Shown: positions 52,031 to 63,634, counted from the first letter of the stretch. The stretch is 64,000 nt of DNA from the human T2T-CHM13v2.0 reference genome, Homo sapiens (GCA_009914755.4 CP086569.2:12960001-13024000), one strand, 5' to 3'. The notes: a model not told the origin generated them from the letters alone. Translations and numbers: made by a program.

Positions 52031-54193
52031 CTACTTAGCAAAAAAAATAGTCTAGTTAAGAAAGCAGAACAGTGCATTATATAATGCAGATTACAAATGC
52101 TATTGACTGGCTTATGGTAGACTTTCATGTTAGTGGACTTTCAATGTACTATTTGAGGGCTTCCTGTTTTCCTGAACTTCTCCAAATATAAACACATCTT
52201 CAAACAAAGTGAATCTGTATTTGCTTCTTCCTAGGTAGTTAAAGAATCAGCGCTTTTCTCTGGAGTCAGTCTTCTTACTGACATTAATTCTTCATCTACT
52301 TTGTTATTTGCAGTGTGTCTGTAAACTTCATAAAGAGAGTGAATGTGTCATCCATGTGATCATTGTATTCTTGGCCCCAAGCAAAATGTCTATGGCAGAG
52401 AAGGTTCTCTGAAAACAGATTATTACAAAAATAAACAGAAAAGCCTTATAATATCCTGGTACTGAACTGAATTTAGGAATGCTAAGCCATCCTGCAGAAA
52501 ACATTAAATGAGTCTTAAAAAAATCTGCTGTAATGGAAATCCCAAAACTTTTCTTAGTTGTCCATTATGATAGAAACTTAATTCTCGATTTAATTCTCTC
52601 CCACATTATCCTGAGGTTTAGCCAGAGCTCATATTTCATAATGATGTCAAGTCATAAAGAAGAGACTGTATTATTACACACCCATTAACCAATTTAAACA
52701 CAGCTCTTTTATGATTAAAAACAGCTATCAACATAGCATTTGACTCTTACCTTTTAAGAAGAACCCATTGCATTTCATGGTGAACCCTCCTGAACCTAGT
52801 GGATTGTATGAGAAGCCCCTTTAGCCAGAAAAAGAAGTGAATTCTGGAGTCAAACATCTACAAAATGATGCTCTGTCCATTGGGAATTCTTCTTGTATTG
52901 TAGATACCTCTTTGTATGCATAGATAGAATGGTTGTATCTACAAACCTTAAAACAAAATTCTAAGTCCCCTCCCCTTGAGATCTGATTGGACTCTTCCTC
53001 TGGGCAAGCGCATTCCATTTTTCAGGAATAATCTGAAAAATGTGTTCAGGCCATGAAGGGGAAGTTGGGCATCCCTCATGATACCCTCCTCCATTTTGGA
53101 ATTACTGAAAGAACAGACTCTAATAAGGAACATTTACAGTTTATTCTCTGAAGCCTGTTACCTGGAGGCTTCCTCTGCATCATAAAACCTAGGTCTCCAC
53201 AGCCCCTGACCGTAACCCAGACATTCCTTTCTATCGATAATAATTCTTTCAACCAATTGCCAGTCGTAAAATCTTTAAATCTACCCATGACCTGGAAGTT
53301 CCCACTTCAAGTTGTCCTGCCATTCTGAACCGAACCAATGGACATCTGATACGTATTGATTAATTTCTCATGTCTCCCTAAAATGTATAAAACCAAGCTG
53401 TAGCCCGACCACCTTGGGCACACATTCTCAGGATCTCCTGAGGCATGCGCATCCTTAACCTTGGCAAAATAAACTTTCTAAATTGCTTGAAACCTGTCTC
53501 AGAAAATTTTCATTTGCATATCCATGGATGGAAGTGGATTCAAATCCACATTAGTAACCAGAGGTGTGGATTGAGGTCAGGACTCTTGTTGGTTTCCATG
53601 AAGATCTCCTGCACCTTATCCCCCCTCTTTCCCCATCCTCCAATCCTAGGTTTCCTCTCTTCAATCTTTAGACATAGATTAGATTGTGTCATCTGCTCAC
53701 CTCTGGACAAATGATGGGAACACAACAAACTCTCTGGATTATTCCAAACAGAACATTCCCCAGAGCTGACATAGGGATGATGTGTGCATGTACATGTACA
53801 GGACTCCAGTAGGAAAAACAAAAGAATGGCTGATAAACAAAGCTCCTTCTCTCTAAAGTTATTTGGTTAGAGCACTTCATAACTATCTACTTTCCAGGGA
53901 ACTCCCAGGTAATTGAGGAGAACCCTTAGGGCCTTATTTAAAGAATTTAGATATTGTTGAACATGTGGGACATGGTTTAAGAGGAAAATGTGATATGAGT
54001 AATCACACATCTTATCTTGCTTTGGTTTAAGAAGTAGGATCCCCATAATTACTCATTTTCTATTCTGAATATTACCACAAAGTGGTCTCCATTCAGACCC
54101 CAAGAGAAGGATTTTGGACCTCATGTAAGGAAGAATTCAGGGTAAATCTATAGAGCAAAGTGAAAGCAAGTTTATTAAGAAAGTAAAGGCATG

Positions 54194-54483
54194 GCCAGGC
54201 ATGGTGGCTCATGCCTGTAATCCCAACACTTTGGGAGGCCAAGGCAGGTGAATTACCTGAGGTCAGCGTTCAAGACCAGCCTGGCCAATGTGGCGAAACT
54301 CTGTTTCTACACAAAAATTACCTGGGTGTGGTGGGGCACACTGTAGTCTCAGCTACTTGGGAGGCTGAGGCAGAATCATTCAAACCCAGGAGGTGGAGGT
54401 TGCAGTGAGCCGAGAGAGCGCTACTGTACTCCAGCCTGAGTGACAGAGCAAGACTCTATCTCAAAAAAAGAAAAAAAGAAAAG
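54194..54483 (+). mobile_element. Alu SINE
   Basis: 'ggccaggcatggtggctcatgcctgtaatcccaacactttgggaggccaaggcaggtgaattacctgaggtcagcgttcaagaccagcc...' with tail 'aaaaaaagaaaaaaagaaaa'. Confidence 0.9.
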
Positions 54484-55184
54484 GAGTAAAGAATGGCTAT
54501 TCTATAGGCACAGCAGCAGCTTGGTCTGCTGGACAAAGGATACTTATAGTTATTTATTGATTATATGCTAAACAAGGGGTGGAATATTCATTATTTTTCT
54601 GGGAAAGGGGTGGACAATTCCCAGAACTGAGGGTTTCTCTCCCTTTTAGACCATATAGGGTAATTTCCAGATGTTGCCATAGCATCTGTAAACGGTCATG
54701 TTGCTGGTGGGAGAGTCTCTTAGTATGCTAATGAATTATAATTAGAGTATAAAGAGCAGTGAGAATGACCAGAGATTGCTTTTGTTTCCATCTTGGATTT
54801 GGTGGCTTTTGGCTGGCTTCTTTACCACATGCTGTTTTATCAGCAAGACCTGTATCTTGTGCCAGCCTCCTATCCCATCCTGTGACTTAGAATGCCTCAC
54901 CTCCTGGGAATGCAGCCCAGTAGGTCTTGGCCTCGTATTACCCAGACCATATTCAAGATGGAGTCGCCCTGGTTCAAACACCTCTGACATGAGTACTTTC
55001 CTTAGATCCCTCCCTCCTACCAATAAATGAAGGCTTTCTCAGTACAAGGTGGACGCTCCTCATCTGAAAATCCAAAATCCAAAATGTTCTAAAATCTTTA
55101 ACTTTTGGAATGCTGACCTGACATCGGATTTTCTGCATGTATGGCTGAGAGACTGACAACTTACACCTTTGCTTCCTCTTTCAT

Positions 55185-55484
55185 TTTTTTACTTTCTTTC
55201 AGACAAGGTCTCACCCTGTTTCCCACCATGGCTGTAGTGCAGTGGTGTGACAATAGCTCACTACAACCTCCACCTCCTGGGTTCAAGAGATCCTCCCACC
55301 TCACCCTCCTAAGTAGCTGGGACTACAGCTGTGTACCATCACACCATGCTAATTTTTGCATTTTTTGTTGAGATGGGATTTTGCAATGTTGCCTGGGCTG
55401 GTCTTGTACCCCTGGGTTCAAATGTTCCACCCACCTTGGTCTCCTGAAGTGCTGGGATTACAGGTGTGAGCTACCACACCCAGT
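55185..55484 (-). mobile_element. Alu SINE
   Basis: T-rich tail then 'agacaaggtctcaccctgtttcccaccatggctgtagtgcagtggtgtgacaatagctcactacaacc...cctgaagtgctgggattacaggtgtgagctaccacacccagtc'. Confidence 0.9.
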
Positions 55485-55558
55485 CAACCTTTTCTTTCTG
55501 ATGTTTCAGTATAAACAAACTTTGTCTCATGCACAAAATTATTTAAAAATTTTGTATA

Positions 55559-55840
55559 GGTTGGGTGCAGTGGATAATGCCTATAACCCCAGCACTTTGG
55601 GAGGCTGAAGTGGGAGGACAGCTTGAGCTTAGGAGTTTGAGACCAGCCTGGGCAACATAACAAAACCCCATTTCTGGAAAAAATTAAAAATATAGGCCTG
55701 GTGGCATGTGCCTGTAGTCCCAGCTACTGGGAAGGCTGAGGTTCAAGGGTCACTTGGGCCCAGGAGATTGAGGCTGACATGAACTGTGGCTGCACCACTG
55801 CACCACAGCTCGGGTGACAGTGAGATCCTGACTCTAAAAG
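55559..55840 (+). mobile_element. Alu SINE, head-to-head with the previous (inverted) Alu, 75-bp spacer
   Basis: 'ggttgggtgcagtggataatgcctataaccccagcactttgggaggctgaagtgggaggacagcttgagcttaggagtttgagaccagcctgggcaacataacaaaacccc...'. Confidence 0.9.
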
Positions 55841-56470
55841 TATAATGATGATAATAATAAAAATAACAGTATTGTATATGAAAATGTATACAATACAATA
55901 GTCTATGTGTTTAAAGTATATATTAAACATAAATTAATTTTATGCTTGTACTTATGTCTTATCCCCAAGACATCTCCTTATGCATATGCAAATATTCCAG
56001 AAACTGAACAAATCTGAGATCTGCCACTGCTTCTGGTCCCAAGCATCTCAGATAAGGGAAACTCGGCATGTGGTAGTGAAAATGCTAAGTGTAGGTGGAG
56101 GATGTCTTGCTTTCCATGAGATGGTGCATTCTGAAGTGGACATAAGCCCAGGTGGGACTCTGGGCATCCCAACGATGGAATTTCCCCACATTCCTACTCA
56201 TGGCCCTCACCCCATGTCTTCTTTAGAGTTTTCTGAGCATCAGGGAAATCCGATGTAACGGCAATCATCAGCACCCATCCCTTGCAAATAACACAAATAA
56301 CCTCATCTGCCTATCATCTCACCAGATGCCACTTGTCCCAGGATGAGCTGACATGCCACTTCTGCAAGGAACACAGCATTGTTGATGCTAAAAATGGCGA
56401 AACAACAAAATGAAAAAATCTTGCTTCTTCTTAAACTCCTCTTGAAAAACTAAATCAAACCTGTGAGTCT

Positions 56471-56789
56471 GGCAGGGCATGGTGTCTCAAGCCTAGAATC
56501 CAAGCACTTTGGGAGGCTGAGGCTGGTGGATCACTTGAGATCAGACTGAGGCTGGTGGAGTTTGAGACCAGCCTGGGCAACATGACAAAATGCAGTCTCT
56601 ACTAAAAATACAAAAATTAGCTGGACATGGTGCCAGGTAGCTGTAGCCCTGGCTACTTGGAGGGCTGAGGTGGGAGAATCACTTGAGCCTGGGAGGTCAA
56701 GGCTCTAGTAAGCCATGAATGTGCCACTGCACTCTAGCCTGAGCAACAGAGCAAGATCCTGTCTCAAAACAAACAAACAAACAAACAAA
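56471..56789 (+). mobile_element. Alu SINE with a short internal duplication and a (CAAA)n tail
   Basis: 'ggcagggcatggtgtctcaagcctagaatccaagcactttgggaggctgaggctggtggatcacttgagatcagactgaggctggtggagtttgagaccagcc...' with tail 'aaaacaaacaaacaaacaaacaaaa'. Confidence 0.9.
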
Positions 56790-57321
56790 AATCCTGTGGA
56801 TCATCCTGTGGGGTGCTGTGATCATGACTCTAGGATATGAGACAGATATGTACCTTGACCACCAATAATCCCATTGCCACCATGGGCAACATGCAAATGA
56901 AGGGACTCTGAAGCTGGCTAAGAATTTTGTTCTTGAAGCTATGATTGCAGATGACTGGAGGAGGAATCATAACAGTAATAATAATAATAATAACTCTTGA
57001 CTTCAAAGGATCAGGCAAGAAAAAAGAGAGTTCTACAACAGCAGAAGTTTCTTTGCATTAAGCTGTTGGGAGGGAGGACTGGAGGGAGGGAGGACAGCCA
57101 TCTCCATTGCTGCTGCATGGTACAGCTTAGGCTATCATCACCAGGTGTTTTATTCCCCATACACTAGTAAACTGAACTTTGCAACGACAAATATTTGTGG
57201 GAAGAAAAGGATTTTAAAGATAGAAATTGAAAACAACAACCTGGGTCAGAGGAGTGAGAAATCTACATCAATTCAAATGCAGAGGACATCCCACCCAGTG
57301 TTCACTGGTAAATCAGAGAGG

Positions 57322-57663
57322 CTGTATTCATCTGTTTTCATGCTGCTGATAAAGACATAGCTGAGACTGGGCAATTTACAAAAGAAAGAGGTTTAATGGA
57401 CTCACAGTTCCATGTTGCTGGGGAGGCCTGATGGATCATGGCTCATATGATGGCAGACAAGAGAAGAGAATTTGTGTGGGGAAACTCCCCTTTATAAAAT
57501 CATCAGATCTTGTGAGACTTATTCACTATCATGAGACTAGCACGGGAAAGACCCGCCCCTGTGATTCAATTACCTCCCACTGGGTCGTTCCCACAACACG
57601 TGAGAATTGTAGGAGCTACAATTCAAGATGAGATTTTGGTAAAGACACAGCCAAACCATATCA
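57322..57663 (-). mobile_element. THE1-type MaLR solo LTR
   Basis: 'ctgtattcatctgttttcatgctgctgataaagacatagctgagactgggcaatttacaaaagaaagaggtttaatggactcacagttccatgttgctggggaggcc...cccctttataaaatcatcagatcttgtgagacttattcactatcatgagactagcacgggaaagacccgcccctgtgattcaattacctcccactggg...acagccaaaccatatca'. Confidence 0.9.
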
Positions 57664-58580
57664 GAGGCTAAATTTGAGCTGTGTCTTCATGTCAGGGTCT
57701 TACTCCACAGTTTGTTTGTCCTCATTCCTTCTGCAAACCCTGGAGGTACTCAGCCATAAGGATGCATCTCGGGGACCCTTCCTTGCTCCAGTTGAGTTCT
57801 GCACATTGTCATTTGCTATGATGATGGGTCCAGCCCCTACAGCAACTCCAGGACACAGGTCCAGACAGCCTTGGGTGCAGAAGATGCCAGAGGCTTGAGA
57901 CTAGATTTAACACAAGTGAAAACATCTGGAAGCATGTCCTGCTTCCCCTTTGAGTTTTGAAGAGCCAAGGAAAATTACTGTCATGCATCTTCAAAGAGGA
58001 TAAATGAAAGTTGGCATGCATGGGCGTATCATTGCATACAAAAATGCAATGCTTCCTCCAGGTCACCAATAGGGAAAGTGAGACATAACCCTATGCATAG
58101 TCTTTCTAGATGGATTGATGGAAACAACATCTGTATTGCATAATGTGTCACTAGATGCAATAAAAATAACCTCAGAAACATCTCTTGGACCATCTCAGAA
58201 TAAAGCACTTGGAAACGCTCAGTGGGCACATGCTTTGATAAGCAATCTAGCTTTCCTTTTAGAAATCTTATAACATCAACCTTACCATCATTTAGAGAGG
58301 AGGACATCTAAAAACGTTGGGCAAATTCTTGGGCTCTGAACTTGATCAGTCCATTGAAGAAACACGCTGACTTAGAGTGTCACTTCCTAGAATTTACAAA
58401 AAAATAATTCTTGCTTTGTTAAACAGCATCACATTCTGCACTTGTACTGTTCTACTATTTTCACATCAACCCATGCATGTCTCTTCCAAACATGACCTCA
58501 CTTGCTTGGGTGTTGGTGGGTCTTTGAACGTCCGTAGCAAATGATTTCAAAATCACTTTCTCACCAAGGATCCTAAGAAT

Positions 58581-58888
58581 CTGGATGAAATTGGAAATCA
58601 TCATTCTCAGTAAACTATCTCAAGAACAAAAAACCAAACACCGCATATTCTCTCTCATAGGTGGGAATTGAACAATGAGAACACATGGACACAGGAAGGG
58701 GAACATCACACTCTGGGGACTGTTGTGGGGTGGGGGGAAGGGGGAGGGATAGCACTAGGAGATATACCTAATGCTAGATGACGAGTTAGTGGGTGCAGCG
58801 CACCAGCATGGCACATGTATACATATGTGACTAATCTGCACATTGTGCACATGTACCCTAAAACTTGAAGTATAATAATAAAAAAAGG
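58581..58888 (+). mobile_element. Short young-looking LINE-1 (L1PA-type) 3'-end fragment
   Basis: 'ctggatgaaattggaaatcatcattctcagtaaactatctcaagaacaaaaaaccaaacaccgcatattctctctcataggtgggaattgaacaatgagaacacatggacacaggaaggggaacatcacactctggggactgttgtgggg...gcacatgtaccctaaaacttgaagtataataataaaaaaaggggggg' stays very close to the young L1 consensus. Confidence 0.9.
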
Positions 58889-59024
58889 GGGGGAGGCAGT
58901 GAAGAAGAGGAGAAAAAGCATCTGCAATTATCATTCCCCCGCATATAATCACAAAACATACTAATGTGTTTAAGTTGATGTGGGAGTTACCATGCATTTC
59001 CTGATCTTACCTCATTGCAAAACA

Positions 59025-60562
59025 TCTTTTCTTTCCTTTCTTCCTTTTCTTTCTTTTTCCTTCCTTCCTGCTGGCTTTTCTTGCTCTTTTTTCTTTCCTC
59101 TTCCTTTTTCCTCTTTCTTCCTTTCCCCTCCCTCTCTTTCTCCCTCTCTCCTTCCTTCTTTCTCTTTTTTCTTTTTCTTTCTTTCTTCTTTTTCTTTTCT
59201 TTCTTTATTTCTTTCCTTTCTTTTTTCTCTCTCTTTCTTTTGCTTTATTTCTATTTTCTTTCCTCTCCTTTGTGCTCTTCCTTCCTTTCCCATCCCTCTC
59301 TTTCTCCCTCTCTGTATCCTTCCTTCCTTCCTTCTCTCTCTTTCTTTCTCTTTATTTCTTTTTTCTTTCCCCTTCCTTTTTGCTCTTTCTTCCTTTCCCC
59401 TCCCTCTCTTTCTCCCTCTCTCTCCTTCCTTCCTTCCTCCCTCCTTCCCCCTTCCCTCCCTCTCTTCTCTTTTCCCTTCACTTCCCTTCTCTTCTCCCTT
59501 CCCTTCTTTTCTCTCCTTCCTTCCCCCCCTTTCTTTCTTTCTCTCTCTTTTCTTTGTGTCTTTCTCTCTCTTTTTTCCTTCTTCTTTCATTCTTCTTCCC
59601 TTTTTCTTTCTTTCTTCCTTTCCCACTTCTCTTTTTCCCCCTCAATTTTCCTTCCCTCCCTTCCTTCTTTCCTTCCTTCCTGCCTTCCTCCCTTCCTGCC
59701 TTCCTCCCTCCCTCTCTTCCTCCCTCCCCCTCCTTCCCTCCATCTCCCTCTCTCCTCCCTTTCTTTTATATTCTTTTTTCTCTTTTCTTCTTTCTTTCTT
59801 TCTTTCATTCTTTCTTGCTTGCTTGCTTGCTTTCTCTCTCTTTCCTTTTCCTTTTTGTTCTTTCTTCCTTTACCTTCCCTTTCTTTCTCTCTCTCTATCC
59901 TTCCTTCCTTCCTCTCTCCTTCACTCTCTTCTCTCTTCTCTTCTCTCCTTCCTTCCTTCCTTTCCTCTTTGTCTTTCTTTTTTCTCTCTTTCTTTTTTTT
60001 CTTTCTTCTTCCTTTTTTCTTCTTTCTGTCTTCCTTTCCCCTCCTTCTCTTTTTCCCTCTCTCAATTTCCCCTCCCTTCCTTTCTTCCTGCCTTCCTGCC
60101 TTCCTTCCTCCCTCCCCCTCCTTCGCTCCTCCCCCTCCTTCCCTCCCTCCCCCTTCCTCCCCCCTTTCTTTTATATTCTTTTATTTTCTCTTTTCTTTCT
60201 TCTTCCTTTTTCTCTCTTTCACTTTCTTTTCTTTCTTCTGTTTCTCTCTTTCTTTCTTCCTTTCCCCTACCTCTCTTTCTCTCCCTCCCTTCTTCCCTCC
60301 CTTCATCCGTCTCTGTCTTTCTCCCTTCCTCTTCCTTCCCTTCTCTTCCCTTCCCCTCCCTCCCTCCCACCCTCCCTCCCTTCCTTCTTTTCCCTCTGTA
60401 TTCCTTTTTCTTCTTTCCTTCCTTTCTTTCTCTTTCTTCCTTTGCCTTTTCTCTTTTATTCTTTCTCCCTTTCTGCCTTTCTCGTGTACCTCCCTCCCTT
60501 CGTTTCCCCTTTCTTTCTTATTTCCTTCCTTGCTTGCTTTCTGCCTTCCTTTTTTTTTTTCC
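59025..60562. repeat. Very long (~1.5 kb) near-pure polypyrimidine tract ((TTCC)n/(TCTT)n/(CCCT)n/(CT)n mosaic), pyrimidine on + strand
   Basis: Essentially only C and T from 59025 to 60562, with rare interruptions (e.g. 'ttgctttattt', 'tcaattt', 'gcttgcttgcttgc'). Source of the 434-534-aa S/F/L/P-rich plus-strand pseudo-ORFs and K/E/R/G-rich minus-strand pseudo-ORFs. Confidence 0.97.
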
Positions 60563-60681
60563 AGAGCCCCTGTTAGTATCTTGAAGAACCAGACCCTTGC
60601 AGAATAGCCTGGGAGAAATGTTGCTGTACCATTAATGTCTCCCATGTTTTTTACTACAGTCTTCATGAATTCCACAGTAAA

Positions 60682-61770
60682 CTCCAATTTCAAACTTCCT
60701 CTTGAGTTTTCGATCCACCTAGTGACTGTCCTGCATGCTCAACACAAAGATCATATGACACTGCATTATCTCAACCCTCCAGATTATCCATTCCCAGGAT
60801 CTCCTATTTCTCAAAATTTTTACCTGAAGCTTTCATCTCTCTTTCTCTAACATAATAATCTCTCTATTTTATTTTCTCTTTCCCACCAGAAGCCAATCAC
60901 CTACTTTGATTGAATAATTATTATGAACTGAATTAAACCCTTTTGCTCCAAATTCATGGGTTTCAGCAGTATAAATCCTCATGTGAGATTATGTGAAGAC
61001 AAAGCCTTCAGGGAGGTGATTGGGTTTAGGTAAAATCATAAGAGAGGGGTGTTAATCTGATATGGCTGGTGAATTTATAAGAAGAGGAAAACATTTCAGA
61101 GTTCTCCATCTGCACAAACACAGAAGGACAAACTGTGAAGACATGGTGAGAAGACAACATCTACAAGTCAATGAGGGAGGCCTCAGGAAGAACCAGCCTT
61201 GCCCACACCTTGATCTCAGATGTCCAGCTTCCTGGACTGTAGAAGAGTAAATGTCTGTTGTTTAAGCCTCCCTGTCTATGGCATTCTGTGATAGCAGTCT
61301 TATAAGGAGAGGAGATGAGGACACAGACACAGGCACAGAGACAACCATGTAATGACACAGGGAAAAGATGATGTCTACAAAGTAAGGGGAGAGGCCTCAG
61401 GAGGAACCTTCCCTGCCTACACCTTGATCTTGGATGTTCAGCTTCAAGGATTGTGGGAGAATCAATATCTATTATTTCTAAGCCACCCAGTCTATGGTAT
61501 TCTGTTATAGTATCCTGAAATACACTAAGATATCTCATTAGAAGATAAGATGAGGACACAGACACACACAGAGGGATGACCCTGTGAGGATACAACCCTG
61601 TGAGGACACAAGGAGAAGGTGGCATCTACAAGCCAAGGAGCAGGTCTCAGGAGAAACCAGCCCTGGGTACACCTTGATCTTAGACTTCCAGCTTCAAGGA
61701 CTGTGGGAGAATCAGTGTCTGTTGTTTGAGCCATCGGGTCTGTAGGACTTTGTTACGATAGCCCTAATGG
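60682..61770 (+). mobile_element. Duplicated segment copy A: ~230 bp non-LTR leader plus MLT1-type LTR (LTR from ~60911) whose 3' ~230 bp is tandemly triplicated
   Basis: The leader 'ctccaatttcaaacttcctcttgag...ccattcccaggatctcctatttctcaaaa...ctttcccaccagaagccaatcacctactttgattgaataattattatgaactgaatt' runs into the LTR body 'gaggtgattgggtttaggtaaaatcataagagagg...ttataagaagaggaaaac...caccttgatctcagatgtccagcttcctggactgtagaagagtaaatgtctgttgtttaagcctccctgtctatggcattctgtgatagcag'. Confidence 0.75.
61075..61770. repeat. Tandem array: three ~230-260-bp units of the MLT1 LTR 3' portion (61075-61300, 61300-61548, 61548-61770)
   Basis: Each unit contains '...ggcctcagga(a/g)gaacc..ccttgatct.aga..tccagcttc(a/c)..gactgt.g.aga.t.a.t.tct.ttgttt.agcc...ctatgg.attctgt.atag...' and units begin 'ttataag(a/g)agagga...'. 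Confidence 0.85.
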
Positions 61771-62481
61771 ATGGATATGCTGTTCTTTAAGCCTGTGGCC
61801 ATCACCATTCCTCTCCTCTGTCACCACCCTCAACCAGGCCTTCATCAACTGCAGCACAGCTCATAAATAGTTCCGAAAAGATTCTTCTGAGCTTTCCATG
61901 GGCTCACTGCCCATGGAAATTGAGCTGATTGAGCTTCAGAGTTTTTTTTTATGTTCAATTATATGCAAGTTATGTGGGATTCCACTCTATGGTGCAGAAG
62001 TGGAATAAAGATGACTCTTTTAATCAGTTTCATTTCCTTCTAAAGTTGTGGTTGCTGTTCATTTTTTTTTCTTTAAACATTCTTTGAACAATTTACCACC
62101 CTTTTGCCAAAGCTTTCATCATTTTCCATTTCTCCCTAGACTCCTATCTTCTCCAGATCTGAGTTCACCATAGCCTGCATCTCAGCTGCAAGTCTACAAG
62201 CCGGCTCTTCTTGGAATTGAGGTCTAAGAACACTGGAGATTTTTCGGAGTCCATGGAAGTATTAAAAAATGCAACTCAAGTGCATTCATGGCTTGGTCTT
62301 GCTAGATGAGGTGACTTATTCTACAGTAACAGAAACATACTATCTAAACTAGAGTTTTAGTTTCTCAGTCGTTTAATGTGTATCTCATGTCTAGAGCTGT
62401 TCAAAGTACAGATGCTCCTCAACTTTAACAATAGGGCTACACCCCATAAACCCATTATAAGTTGAAAATAGTGTAAGTCTA

Positions 62482-62800
62482 GGCTGCACACAGTGGCTCG
62501 TGACTGAAGTCCAGGAACTTTGGAAGGCAGAGATGGGAGAATCACTTGAGCCCAGAAGTTAGAGACCAGACTGTGCAACATACTGAGACTCTGTCTCTGC
62601 AAAAGAAAAAAAAAATGAACTGGGCATAGCGGTACACACCTGTAGTCCAACTTGGGAGGCTGAGGCAGAAGGATCACTTGAGTACCGGAGGTTGAGGCTG
62701 CAGTGAGCTATGACTGTACCGCTGTCCTCCAGCCTGGGGAACAGAGTGAGACACTGTCTCAAAAAAAAAAAAAAAAGAAAGAAAGAAAAGAAAAAACTCA
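62482..62800 (+). mobile_element. Alu SINE
   Basis: 'ggctgcacacagtggctcgtgactgaagtccaggaactttggaaggcagagatgggagaatcacttgagcccagaagttagagaccag...' with poly(A) and (GAAA)n tail. TSD 'tgtaagtcta' (62472-62481 and 62801-62810). Confidence 0.95.
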
Positions 62801-63004
62801 AATTGTAAGTCTAAAATGCATTTAATACACCTACCCTAATGAATCCTGATACAAAGATTCTATTAAGCTGTTTATTTGGGTGGGGAGCAAGGAAGAACAA
62901 ACAGAAATTGGAGAAATGAGCTAGAGAGTGGAGAAAGTCCTTGGTCATCTTTACCAAGCAGGTGACCACCATGGATAACCAGGGTGAAGTCCCTGGCTGA
63001 AGTA

Positions 63005-63634
63005 AGCTCCAATTTCAAACTTCCTCTTGAGTATTTCAAACCACCTAGCCACTGTCCTGCAGTCTCAACACAAAGATCATGTGATACTGCATCATCTCAA
63101 CTCTCCAAATTATCCATTCCCAGGCTCTCCTATTTCTCAAAAATTTTACATGAAGCTCTTATGTCTCTTTCTCTAATTTAATACTCTCTACATTTTTATT
63201 CCCTCTTTCCCACCAGAAGCCAATCATCTACTTTGGTTGAATAATTACTATGAGCTGAATTATGCCCTTTTGCCCAAAATTCATGGGTTTAAGCCAGAAA
63301 ACCCCATGTGAGATTATGTGAAAACAGAGCCTTTAGGAGGTGATTGTGTTTAGGTAAAATCATAAGAGAGGAGTCTTAATCTTTATAAGAAGAGTAACCA
63401 TTTCAGAGTTCTCCCTCTGCACACACACAGAGGGACAACCACCTGAGGATACAGGGAGAAGATAGTGACTACAATCTACAAGCCAAGCAGAGAAGCCTCA
63501 AGAGGAAGCAGCCCTGCCCACACCTTAATCTCAGACTTATAGCCTCCGTGACCCTGAGAGAATCAATATCTGTTGTTTACAAGCCACTCAGTCTATGGTA
63601 TTCTGTGATAGCAGACTGAAATGGACTAAGACAC
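63005..63634 (+). mobile_element. Duplicated segment copy B: ~230 bp leader plus MLT1-type LTR (LTR from ~63238), ~85-88% identical to copy A
   Basis: 'ctccaatttcaaacttcctcttgagtatttcaaaccacctagccactgtcctgcagtctcaacacaaagatcatgtgatactgcatcatctcaactctccaaattatccattcccaggctctcctatttctcaaaaa...ccaccagaagccaatcatctactttggttgaataattactatgagctgaatt...ggaggtgattgtgtttaggtaaaatcataagagaggagtcttaatctttataagaagagtaacc...gccactcagtctatggtattctgtgatagcagactgaaatggactaagacac'. Confidence 0.75.

Noticed and set aside
58980-60607. Very long plus-strand ORFs (434-534 aa, S/F/L/P-rich) and minus-strand K/E/R/G-rich ORFs (to 204 aa) in the ORF track
   Set aside because: They lie entirely within the 1.5-kb polypyrimidine tract. 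Any frame of pure CT (or GA on the other strand) is stop-poor and translates to low-complexity peptide, and there is no start context, no codon periodicity and no flanking gene structure. The same applies to the ORFs in 23190-23741, 35079-36078 and 39859-40820.
61075-61770. Three tandem ~230-bp repeats with internal similarity, considered as a possible satellite or regulatory tandem enhancer
   Set aside because: Each unit is recognisably the 3' portion of an MLT1-type LTR ('...ccttgatct.gga..tccagc...gtttaagcc.cc..tctatgg.attctgt.atag'), so the array is an LTR-internal tandem expansion, reported as such rather than as a new satellite family.
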